Below, one piece after another: positions 7,206 through 15,588 of a stretch of 22,632 bases of DNA. A program made the position numbers and the translations under genes. Each line of letters starts with the position of its first letter. The stretch's first letter is position 1. A model generated the notes under the pieces. The model ran no database searches and had not been told where the DNA came from. It was given only the letters and a program-made list of their open reading frames with translations. This DNA is from Candidatus Thorarchaeota archaeon SMTZ1-45. Lineage in GTDB: Archaea > Asgardarchaeota > Thorarchaeia > Thorarchaeales > Thorarchaeaceae. The DNA lies in the NCBI GenBank assembly GCA_001563335.1, contig LRSL01000034.1:1-22632 (forward strand), in the 5' to 3' direction.

Positions 7206-8933
7206 TCAAGACATGAAATCCATTGCTCTTGTTACCCAGTCAGGGAGATCCATGTCGAGCGATTTTGAAACATCTTGAATCGAATTCAGAGATTGAGCAG
7301 CCTTAATCCTAGTAGCACGTTTACTACCCACGCCAGGAATAACTCTCCATTGAGAGAGAGATGTTTGTGAGGGCTTGAATGGGAATGGAAGAACTGAGAC
7401 AGATCTTGGACCATGATCCACAATGAAGACATCTTGAGGCACAAAGTCATCCATCCCTCTTGGCATGACACATAACAATGGGTAGGTCCCCAATTGTCGA
7501 AGGAGATAGTTGTTACCAGCTTTGCCATCAATGAATACAGACTGGATTACAGTACCAAGAGGCGCAACCCGTTTTATCATAGCAATGTCAATGGTGTCAC
7601 GAATCTCTTCTCGATGTTTGAAGAGTTGATTTTTCTTGATCCTCGTTCCAACATCATGCTCCAGACGAGTACCTGGAAGACCAATTACTTGGCGAATGTT
7701 GATTCTTCGAACCATTAAATTCTCAGCAAGAAGTTGCTTCAAAAATTTCATGTTGTAGTCTAGAGTCTTTTTTGACTCACCAGGTAATCCATAGAGCAGA
7801 TTGATACCAGGCAGGAGATGTGGAAGTCCCCATGGCTCGCGATTGCTTCCGACAGCATTCAATATTCGAACAGCATCGATGACTTCATCCGAATCTGCTT
7901 TCAGGTTGTTCCTACGAATCACCTCAGGGTCTGTGGATTCAACACCAAATGCAGCTACATCCCCAGGGGTGTGATATTTCATGATAGATTTAGCTACTTC
8001 CCTCGATTCTTGAGGGTGATGCGAGATTGTACCAGGGTTAACATTGTCAATATGAAGCACATCTAGGTCAGGAGCACCTGTTCGAATCTTTGAAAAGAGG
8101 TTCTCAATTGCATCTGGATTTGGAGTTGGAAATTCAACCACGCCCATCTCTAAGGATCCAAATGTGAAAAGGTCTGCTTGGTGACCAATTCGAAAAGCTC
8201 TGAGTCCCAGTTCATACAATGTTTGAATCTCTTTGGCTATTGAAGTGGGAGTTCTTTCTTGAGGTGGTCCATAAGATGGTTCAACACAGAATGTACATCC
8301 ACCAGTCAGAAACCGAGGACACCCGCGATATGATTCAATTTCACAAATGATGTGGCCAATATGGAAACCAGGATGTTGTTGGACAATAGAAACTCCTTTC
8401 TTAATGAAACCCTCGATTTGATCCGCATTCTCACGGGTCAGAGATAGATTGACTGAGTCGAGGTCCTCCTTAGATTCGAGAGCCTCAGCTATGACCAGTT
8501 CTGGATCACCAGTAACAATGTAGTCAATAGGTGGTCTGAGTGCCTCTGAGCTTAAAGCAAGTTTTCCGCCCTCAAGACCACAACCAAACCTAGCCCATGG
8601 TCCTACGAGCATCTTAGGTATGTCTTCAAGTTCAGATGCTGAAAGAAGCTCTCTAGCCTCTCTGACCGAGATTGGAGTACCTCCCACATATTTACCAGGA
8701 ACAATCATTCCTGCGATGAGAATGATGAGATCTGTCTTTGACCAGAGGTGCTGTGCTTTTTGGAAGCTATCGCGGACTTGGTCAATTGTATGATAAAGAA
8801 TCTCAGTCCTTGGGGCTTTTGTCCAGATCGCACCAGCAATATAACGTGGGTAGATGCTGACATAGGGTGGAACACCAAGACATGTAGGCTCATCGACATA
8901 TCCATCGACCAGCGCAATACGTTCCACCTGCAT
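7206..8933 (-). CDS. Radical SAM protein with C-terminal helix-hairpin-helix
   Basis: VDGYVDEPTCLGVPPY N-terminus, CPRFLTGGCTFC (CX7CX2C), IPGVGSKRA HhH. Confidence 0.88.
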   Translation of the reverse strand: MQVERIALVDGYVDEPTCLGVPPYVSIYPRYIAGAIWTKAPRTEILYHTIDQVRDSFQKAQHLWSKTDLIILIAGMIVPGKYVGGTPISVREARELLSASELEDIPKMLVGPWARFGCGLEGGKLALSSEALRPPIDYIVTGDPELVIAEALESKEDLDSVNLSLTRENADQIEGFIKKGVSIVQQHPGFHIGHIICEIESYRGCPRFLTGGCTFCVEPSYGPPQERTPTSIAKEIQTLYELGLRAFRIGHQADLFTFGSLEMGVVEFPTPNPDAIENLFSKIRTGAPDLDVLHIDNVNPGTISHHPQESREVAKSIMKYHTPGDVAAFGVESTDPEVIRRNNLKADSDEVIDAVRILNAVGSNREPWGLPHLLPGINLLYGLPGESKKTLDYNMKFLKQLLAENLMVRRINIRQVIGLPGTRLEHDVGTRIKKNQLFKHREEIRDTIDIAMIKRVAPLGTVIQSVFIDGKAGNNYLLRQLGTYPLLCVMPRGMDDFVPQDVFIVDHGPRSVSVLPFPFKPSQTSLSQWRVIPGVGSKRATRIKAAQSLNSIQDVSKSLDMDLPDWVTRAMDFMS

Positions 8934-8952
8934 CTATTTCACCCATCGATAA

Positions 8953-9948
8953 TTAGTTCCATTCCTTGAAGCTATCATATCCTGCAAAAGGAATTGGCAC
9001 TGATCCCTCTTTAGATGCCCAGGTAACTTGGTTCCCCTTTGTAACATATCCAATTCTTACCAAGTTGACCTTTTTCTTTCTGGCAACATCAAGTGCATCA
9101 TCGTACTTCTCAGGAGGTATTGAAAGAACGAGGAGAAACTCTTCTCCACCCTGCATCACCATCTTCATGGTTGAAAGCTTCTTGTTTCGACAAAAGAACT
9201 CGATTTCAGAAGTGATAGGTAGATTCTCAATGATTATTCCGCATTTACTGAGCTTCGCAATTGTATGTAGTGTAATTCCTAAACCGTCACTGCTGTCCAT
9301 AGAGGCAGTCACAGCTTCAATATCTTTGAGTGCGGCTACAAAGTCTATGTCGATTTCTGGTCTAAATGCGGCTGCAAGAGCATCTTTGTGTAACTCAGGT
9401 TTGGCTTTTTGTCTTTTAATCAAGATTTCAAAGGCTACTGAGGTCAGACCGAAGTGTCCTGTGACTGCGATGACATCACCCTCTTTTGCACCATTTCGTG
9501 GTACGATATCCTCTGGCGCCGCTGTACCAAGTGCGACACCCGTGAGAACTACATCATCACACATTCCCACATCACCTCCAAGGTAGGGAATGCTAGATTT
9601 GAGCCCGTATTGTGAAAACCCTCGAACTAGTTCATTTGCATCCTCGACTTCATAATCTTCAGGGACACAAAGGGAGAGCATCGTGGCTATTGGTTTTACA
9701 CCTTTAGCAGCTAGATCACTAAGTGCCATCACTGCAGTCTTACGTCCAACTTGAGCTGGCGTCATCTCTGGAAGCCAATCAGTCTTCCTTACAAACGTAT
9801 CTACATTGATGACAAGATTAGTCTTATCGGAGATTGGAATGTCTGAGGCATCATCATCAAATCCTAGTTTTGCACCTCGAGGTATATTGACAAGACTGCT
9901 AATCTTAGCCAGAAAATTGCGTTCACCCATCTCACCGGTCCTCAACAT
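8953..9948 (-). CDS. thiL: Thiamine-monophosphate kinase
   Basis: DDDA, SDLAAKG, GGD, MDSSDGL, GGEEF motifs. Confidence 0.92.
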   Translation of the reverse strand: MLRTGEMGERNFLAKISSLVNIPRGAKLGFDDDASDIPISDKTNLVINVDTFVRKTDWLPEMTPAQVGRKTAVMALSDLAAKGVKPIATMLSLCVPEDYEVEDANELVRGFSQYGLKSSIPYLGGDVGMCDDVVLTGVALGTAAPEDIVPRNGAKEGDVIAVTGHFGLTSVAFEILIKRQKAKPELHKDALAAAFRPEIDIDFVAALKDIEAVTASMDSSDGLGITLHTIAKLSKCGIIIENLPITSEIEFFCRNKKLSTMKMVMQGGEEFLLVLSIPPEKYDDALDVARKKKVNLVRIGYVTKGNQVTWASKEGSVPIPFAGYDSFKEWN

Positions 9949-10025
9949 AAGACCTCCACTGTTCTAGCGTGCTGGTTCCATGATAAAGTTTTATTAGAGA
10001 ATTCCAAAGGTGAGCGTTGAGATGA

Positions 10026-10101
10026 GCCTCGGTGGCTTAGGGGTTATAGCGTCTGCTTCGTAAGCAGGTGATCGCGGGTTCGAATCCCGCCCGGGGCTCC
10101 A
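10026..10101 (+). tRNA. tRNA-Thr(CGU); CCA encoded
   Basis: Acceptor GCCTCGG/CCGGGGC, anticodon arm TCTGC-TTCGTAA-GCAGG, T arm GCGGG-TTCGAAT-CCCGC, discriminator U. Confidence 0.95.
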
Positions 10102-10447
10102 TTTTCCCTTCGAAGCTCCTTTTTTCATGTGCAGGTTTCCATTACTTTATACGCATTGTGATGAAGTTCCATGAGCTAGGTGAAAAAATATGAAAAATAA
10201 CACAAAAACAGACAAGCCCCAATATAGGGCTGACACAAGGCCAGGCTTTTTTGAGTGGCTGGCTGGAACTACCAGGTAATTGATGTAGTTCAACGAACTG
10301 GGAACAGATTGAATAGGTACTAAATTGTGACTCTTTCTGTTCCAATCATGACTTATCTTTTAACAAGGCATCCTCCCAATACAGAAATCCTTATCACAGG
10401 TTTGAGAACGGATGGAAATATCCCTCAAGATTAAATCTCTGTTATTT

Positions 10448-10535
10448 GCGGAGGTTGCCAAGCCAGGTCAAAGGCGCCAGGTTGAGGGCCTGGTTCAGTA
10501 GTGATTCGCGAGTTCAAATCTCGCCCTCCGCACCA
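10448..10535 (+). tRNA. tRNA-Leu(GAG); CCA encoded
   Basis: Acceptor GCGGAGG/CCTCCGC, anticodon arm CCAGG-TTGAGGG-CCTGG, long variable arm, T arm GCGAG-TTCAAAT-CTCGC. Confidence 0.96.
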
Positions 10536-10553
10536 TTCTCATTCTAGTTCAAA

Positions 10554-11030
10554 TTACTTCAGAGTCTTTTCGAACCAGATATTGTACCCCCACGGATTTT
10601 TCTTCTTCTTGAAAATTGAATACCCATGCTTCTTGTAGAAGTTCACAGCCCATTCCGCTTCACTGTCCGTTTCCAAGTGAATCTTAGTGAAGTGGAGGTT
10701 TTTCGCCTTCATTTCAAGGAAGCTCATTAAGGAAGAACCAATTCCTTTCCTTTGATGTTTTGAATGAACATGCATCAGTGGAATCCATGCTGTGTCTTCA
10801 TCTCTGGTTCCTAAAGAACCAACGGCAATGATTTTGTCCTTCCTTCTGTGGATAAAGAACTCCATGATAGTTGCCATCTCATCGAGCTGTTTTCGAGTTA
10901 GAAAGGGCTCTCGATAGTACTCTTTCGGGATAATCTTGCTGAACCATTCGCGATTAATTGTATTGATGAGTTTGAGAATCTCTTCCAAATCAGAATCTTC
11001 AGCGCTTTCAAACTTGATCGATATTTTCAA
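10554..11030 (-). CDS. GNAT family N-acetyltransferase (cassette 1)
   Basis: VHSKHQRKGIGSSLM motif A, AVNFYKKHGY motif B; TTG start and GGAGG SD lie inside repeat copy 1. Confidence 0.92.
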   Translation of the reverse strand: MKISIKFESAEDSDLEEILKLINTINREWFSKIIPKEYYREPFLTRKQLDEMATIMEFFIHRRKDKIIAVGSLGTRDEDTAWIPLMHVHSKHQRKGIGSSLMSFLEMKAKNLHFTKIHLETDSEAEWAVNFYKKHGYSIFKKKKNPWGYNIWFEKTLK

Positions 11031-11065
11031 ATCTCGCCCTCCGTACCATTCTCATTCTAGTTCAA
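11026..11065 (+). repeat. tRNA-Leu 3'-end direct repeat, copy 1 (att-like)
   Basis: 39/40 identical to 10513-10552 (TTCAAATCTCGCCCTCCGYACCATTCTCATTCTAGTTCAA). Confidence 0.95.
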
Positions 11066-11510
11066 TTCGTTCCATCTTGAATTTGCGCATTCGCTCATCA
11101 ATTCTTGAGTCAAAAGGAGCCAGAAATCTCTGGGCACATGTAAATAGATCATCAGGGACTTCTAATGCAATCTCAATGCATTGGGTAATATCCTCCTCTG
11201 AGAGATATTGAGTCAAGGGACAATGGACCAGATAATGTTCTTCTCCATTTGTTGAGAAAATAGGATATTTCCTACAAAGTATTGGACGTACTGGATAGAT
11301 CTCGCAGGCGGATTCTTTGAGATAGGGACAAACCAGGTCCTCTCCAAAATCTGTAATATAGCAGTTCTCCGAGATTTCAATGAACTTATTCGGATATCCA
11401 GCCTCAATGATTCGATTTACTTCCAACTTTGTTGCAAGAGAACCTCCTTGTTTGCAGCAGTATCCACCACATTCTTTGCAAATGTTCGAATAGTTGTGGA
11501 CTGTCATCAA
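11052..11510 (-). CDS. YkgJ-like cysteine-cluster (Zn/Fe-chelating) protein (cassette 2)
   Basis: CKECGGYCC, CPYL...CEIYPVRPILCRKYP signature. Confidence 0.88.
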   Translation of the reverse strand: MMTVHNYSNICKECGGYCCKQGGSLATKLEVNRIIEAGYPNKFIEISENCYITDFGEDLVCPYLKESACEIYPVRPILCRKYPIFSTNGEEHYLVHCPLTQYLSEEDITQCIEIALEVPDDLFTCAQRFLAPFDSRIDERMRKFKMERIELE

Positions 11511-11536
11511 ATAATCACAAACGTTTTACTCCCATA

Positions 11537-11558
11537 TCAAATCTCGCCCTTCGGACCA
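11537..11558 (+). repeat. tRNA-Leu 3'-end direct repeat, copy 2
   Basis: TCAAATCTCGCCCTTCGGACCA, 20/22 identical to 10514-10535. Confidence 0.88.
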
Positions 11559-11645
11559 TTATCCTTTCTCTTCTATTCACCTATCAGGGTTCTAGCAGCA
11601 AAGCAATACTAGCATAGATAATGGTGCTAAACATTGCATAATCAG

Positions 11646-12461
11646 TCAATCTTTGAAATAAACCATCTGAATACTGGACGCCAGTAGATCCCCTTCATCA
11701 CTCCATAGCTCAGCAACCTGATCAAAATAACCACGGTGGAAACGTTGGCCCCGAGCAAAAGCCAAAATCGGGCGATTTGCCTGACGCTCAAGGCTAGAGT
11801 AATCAGCATGAAAATGAGTTGTGATGGATACTGTACTTGCCACTCCTAGTTGCTGGCGCCGAATAAAGACACGAGGGAAAAAAACGTCGCTTATTGCCGC
11901 TAGAGAGAGAAAATCAAGCATCCGTTCCGGCGTGTCACGCACCCAGAGTAAACTCTCTGAGTCTTTCGCTAGCTGGTCTGAGAGAGTCAATTCACCACGT
12001 ATGAATTTGAAGTCGTAGCGGTGAATCCATTGAGGCACAGGTGGAGCCGGCCACGACTCAATTTCTTCAGGTCTCGGTGCATCAGGAGCACGTGCCTCAG
12101 ACATCATCCATGTTTCTTGCCGGATTGCAAGAACCGCAGTGGCTGTTGCAGCTACTTGTGAGCCTTGAGTGAGCTCAGCAATCCAATGTTGGTTCGAACG
12201 GTTTGTACGCATAAGACGAACTGCTAGGTCATATGGAGCATCCGCGATTGGACCAGCAAAGTTCACGGTTAGTGAGATAGGATTTCCCTGACGTTCTTTG
12301 TGACTCAGTATGCCATTCAGAATGACTGCTACAATGATACCACCGAATGGGCCCACCATATTAGCATAGGACTCAGGAATATGCCCTTGGTATGTATAAG
12401 GTGATGTTGGTACAAGTTCGACTGCTTGATTGAAAGGGTGTATTTGACTATTATCGGGCAT
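11646..12461 (-). CDS. Acyl-CoA thioesterase family, double hotdog fold (cassette 3)
   Basis: NMVGPFGG, LAAISDVFFPR, STVSITTHFH, GYFDQVAELWS motifs. Confidence 0.88.
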   Translation of the reverse strand: MPDNSQIHPFNQAVELVPTSPYTYQGHIPESYANMVGPFGGIIVAVILNGILSHKERQGNPISLTVNFAGPIADAPYDLAVRLMRTNRSNQHWIAELTQGSQVAATATAVLAIRQETWMMSEARAPDAPRPEEIESWPAPPVPQWIHRYDFKFIRGELTLSDQLAKDSESLLWVRDTPERMLDFLSLAAISDVFFPRVFIRRQQLGVASTVSITTHFHADYSSLERQANRPILAFARGQRFHRGYFDQVAELWSDEGDLLASSIQMVYFKD

Positions 12462-12564
12462 GGTCCTCTCCGTATCTAATCTATTCGGGTTTCTTATGGA
12501 TGTAATTATAACGCTGATTTAAATGGTCATGCCATAAGATGGACGCGGCAACAACTTGAGAGGC

Positions 12565-12586
12565 TCAAATCTCTCCCTCCCTACCA
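12565..12586 (+). repeat. tRNA-Leu 3'-end direct repeat, copy 3
   Basis: TCAAATCTCTCCCTCCCTACCA, 19/22 identical to 10514-10535. Confidence 0.75.
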
Positions 12587-12651
12587 TCTATTCCTTGTTT
12601 CATCTTGGTCTGCTAATTTATATTTATTAAAAGGAGATAGGGATTGTAACA

Positions 12652-12921
12652 GGACCCACCCAAGATGCGACGAGGCAATTCGCAGTCCTTGAACGGGTGG
12701 GTCCGAGGGAGGGAGTTGTCTTCTGAAGCATAATGGGACTTAGCGCGGCATAGTGATCCAAGATGTGAACTCTCTTTTTGGCTAGTCCCTGAAGGTGTTG
12801 TGAGTCTTGGATTCATACATCAATCCGCGGATTTCAATATAAGGTCGTCATAAGACTAATCGTCGATTTTTCATCCTGAAGATGCAAAAATTCCTGCAAT
12901 TTCAACACAATCTAGGGACTA
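12652..12921 (+). ncRNA. Candidate structured ncRNA of unknown family
   Basis: Three consecutive long stems (12652-12704, 12706-12779, 12783-12921); TTTATTAA at 12623-12630; no credible ORF. Confidence 0.6.
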
Positions 12922-12982
12922 TGGCAATGTATAAAGGTCATGAAGAACGGGAGAGGTCTGAAGCCCTTAAGAGTGGTTAATA

Positions 12983-13984
12983 ATGTCATCTCGAAGAATA
13001 GTAATCATTGGAACTGGGAATATGGGCAGAATACATGCTCGCATTCTTGGTGATCTGGGGGTTCTAGTGGGAGTGGCTGATAAAGATAAGGCCACAGTAG
13101 AACAGGTTGCTAAGGAACATGGCACTACAGCATTTACTGACTTTGAGAGGATGCTTAAAGAAACTGAGCCTGAGGGAGTTATTATTGCCACACCTACTTC
13201 AACTCATGCCAGCATCGCCCAAACCATTGCAACGAACTATAATGGCATCAAGGGAATCTTGATTGAAAAACCTCTGGCAAGTACACTGGAGGATGGAAAG
13301 AAGGTTGCAGAAATAATAAAGAAGCGTAACATTGTCACACTGGTTTCCCACTCTGAGATTTATAATCCAATAGTAAGTAGAGCATTGTTTCTCATTGAAA
13401 CTGATGCGATCGGAACGCCCCAAACAATAATTCATGATAGAAGGGGATTTGTTGCTCCTGCAAGGATTCCATCTCTGGGAGATGTCTTTGAAGACATAGG
13501 TGTCCATGATTTTGATATCATGGCAAGAATCAGCAATGGTCCAGCAAAGCTATATGCGCAAAGTAACACTGTGGGTGGGATTCACAATAGTGGAACTATC
13601 ATGGTGAAGTTTCATTCAGGAACTGAACACTTTTTCCACCTCTCTCGGCAATATGCAGGACGTCGCCGCTACATGGATGTATCAGGCACAATGGGAGTAT
13701 TAGTTCTTGACTTATTTGGCCAAATAATCAAAGTACAGCACCTAGACCAAGCTCCTGAAACGAGAGGCGATACAATACAGCTCCCGGAGAGAGGTGCTAC
13801 GATAAAGGTCTATGGTGAGCCAGTTCGGGAAGCTCTCAATGACTTTCTGAGATGTATCAAGACAGGGGCAACACCAAGAGTAAGCATTGATGATGCTCTA
13901 TGTGCCTTAGAGATTGTTGAGGCTGCAAGAAAAAGTGCAGAGTCAGGAAAAGTGGTTGATATTGAAGTCAGGTCTAGGAAATGA
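12983..13984 (+). CDS. Gfo/Idh/MocA family oxidoreductase
   Basis: IIGTGNMG Rossmann motif, IATPTSTH, IEKPLA, DIGVHDFD. Confidence 0.92.
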   Translation: MSSRRIVIIGTGNMGRIHARILGDLGVLVGVADKDKATVEQVAKEHGTTAFTDFERMLKETEPEGVIIATPTSTHASIAQTIATNYNGIKGILIEKPLASTLEDGKKVAEIIKKRNIVTLVSHSEIYNPIVSRALFLIETDAIGTPQTIIHDRRGFVAPARIPSLGDVFEDIGVHDFDIMARISNGPAKLYAQSNTVGGIHNSGTIMVKFHSGTEHFFHLSRQYAGRRRYMDVSGTMGVLVLDLFGQIIKVQHLDQAPETRGDTIQLPERGATIKVYGEPVREALNDFLRCIKTGATPRVSIDDALCALEIVEAARKSAESGKVVDIEVRSRK

Positions 13985-15272
13985 CTTCTCCATTCAAATG
14001 CGTTCGGTCCGATGATGTTATTTCAACATCCACAATGGTTCCTGGACTCAAGTCTTTATGAACGATAACTGTCTTGTAAGCCTCGTTACGACCAAGCATT
14101 CCACCTTTTGGACCGTTTTCTGTGATTATGATTGGACCAGACCATCCAATCCATGATTCATTCGACTCCTTTAAGATTTGATTTACAATCTTAGTCAAAA
14201 TCCTACTTCTCTCCTTCTTCAGTGAGGTTTCAACTTTTTCCTTCGATGTTGAAGCAAGTGTGTTGGGTCTATCCCCATACTTTGAGATGTTAGTGACAGA
14301 AGGTTTTACTCTTTGAATCAATTCCAGAGTCTGCTCGAAGTCTGATTCATTTTCACCTGGAAATCCAACGATTATATCAGTTGCAATTGTTGCATTCTTG
14401 AATCGCTTTCTAACTCTCTGAACAATACTCTCCCACTCGCTGACGATATAACGTCGTTTCATAGTCTTTAGAAGTCGATCACTGCCAGATTGGAGAGGTA
14501 TATGGAAGAATTTGAAGAAGTGTTCATTATCCATTGACTTCAGAAGACCATCGATTGAACTCATCACAATGTTTGGGTTGAACATACCTAAACGGAATTT
14601 GTGAGGACCTTCAATACTCCCTATTGACTGCATGAGACCTGAAAGAGTTTCACCAGTATCGCTTCCAAAGACTGCAGCATCTTGAGATGTCAGTCGTATC
14701 TCACGATACCCAAGATGAACGCATCGTTTGATTATTTGATGAAGATCGGCAATAGAATAGCTTCTGACCTTCCCTCGGGCAAATCTCACTGCACAATAGG
14801 CGCAACTCCCAAGGCAACCCTCACAGATAGGTATGGTGCAAATTACACTGTCAGGTGGTCCTGCAAACCATTTCAGTTTATAGGCATCATCAGATTCGAT
14901 GTGACGAATGCCCCTCTCGCCTCCCATAATACGTGGAATGATGGATGCAAGAGTTTCTATTGATTGGGGGCCAAGTAATGCGGCGTATCCTGGAATTGCT
15001 TTCTCAACACGATCTATGGAGATCTTTGGGAGGCATCCAGTCACTATAACAGGAAGGGTTCTTTGCCCTAATTCTTCAAGTCTGTGAATTATTTTGTCCT
15101 CTGTTGGTTCCTTGACTCCGCAGGTGTTCAACAGAATTAATTCTGCTTCTTCAATATCCTTGACCCGATGTCCATCAATTGCATCAAGACGACCTACTAT
15201 TATGTCAGAGTCAGCAGCGTTTAGCGAACACCCATATGTTTCAAGATAGTACTTGAGACCCATATATTCCAC
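13974..15272 (-). CDS. tRNA methylthiotransferase, MiaB-like (archaeal e-MtaB/CDKAL1 type)
   Basis: ETYGC, NTCGVK, VTGC (UPF0004 cluster ligands), CLGSCAYC radical SAM motif, TDIIVGFPGE, C-terminal TRAM domain. Confidence 0.92.
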   Translation of the reverse strand: MEYMGLKYYLETYGCSLNAADSDIIVGRLDAIDGHRVKDIEEAELILLNTCGVKEPTEDKIIHRLEELGQRTLPVIVTGCLPKISIDRVEKAIPGYAALLGPQSIETLASIIPRIMGGERGIRHIESDDAYKLKWFAGPPDSVICTIPICEGCLGSCAYCAVRFARGKVRSYSIADLHQIIKRCVHLGYREIRLTSQDAAVFGSDTGETLSGLMQSIGSIEGPHKFRLGMFNPNIVMSSIDGLLKSMDNEHFFKFFHIPLQSGSDRLLKTMKRRYIVSEWESIVQRVRKRFKNATIATDIIVGFPGENESDFEQTLELIQRVKPSVTNISKYGDRPNTLASTSKEKVETSLKKERSRILTKIVNQILKESNESWIGWSGPIIITENGPKGGMLGRNEAYKTVIVHKDLSPGTIVDVEITSSDRTHLNGEVIS

Positions 15273-15274
15273 AC

Positions 15275-15568
15275 CTAACCGCCTTGGACATGAGGAAGTA
15301 TGGCAACCTCATCCCCATCATGAACGACTATATCAATGCCACCTAAAGTTTCAACATCTCTCTTGTTGAGCATCACAATCAGATTACCACTGATAGCATC
15401 ATTGTGCATTATTAGCTTCCTGAGCTCTTCTCCCCCTAACTCGACTACAATGTTAATTACTTGTCGAACTGATGAGTCGGAGGGTGCCTCGACATCTATG
15501 ACCTTTTCTTTCAAGAGTCTTCGCACAGGTCCAAATGACTTGAATTTAATTTTCAAATATCCAACCAA
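15275..15568 (-). CDS. Ubiquitin-like SAMP / MoaD-ThiS sulfur carrier (start may be TTG 15556)
   Basis: Beta-grasp pattern ending DGDEVAILPHVQGG. Confidence 0.9.
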   Translation of the reverse strand: MVGYLKIKFKSFGPVRRLLKEKVIDVEAPSDSSVRQVINIVVELGGEELRKLIMHNDAISGNLIVMLNKRDVETLGGIDIVVHDGDEVAILPHVQGG

Positions 15569-15588
15569 TCTAGTTGAAAATCGCAGTA

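Noticed and set aside
8966-9586. 206-aa plus-strand ORF and other antisense or nested short ORFs in the track
   Set aside because: Shadow ORFs opposite well-supported genes, with no recognisable motifs
10514-12586. CRISPR array interpretation of the repeats
   Set aside because: Spacers are 0.5-1 kb genes, the repeat is tRNA-derived, and there are no cas genes
11026-12586. Integron attC sites or additional tRNA genes
   Set aside because: Repeats are not long imperfect palindromes and contain only T-loop-to-CCA sequence, no full cloverleaf
12652-12921. SRP RNA or RNase P RNA
   Set aside because: Size fits, but no SRP helix-8 motif or RNase P GAGGAAAGUCC-like P4 motif was seen on either strand
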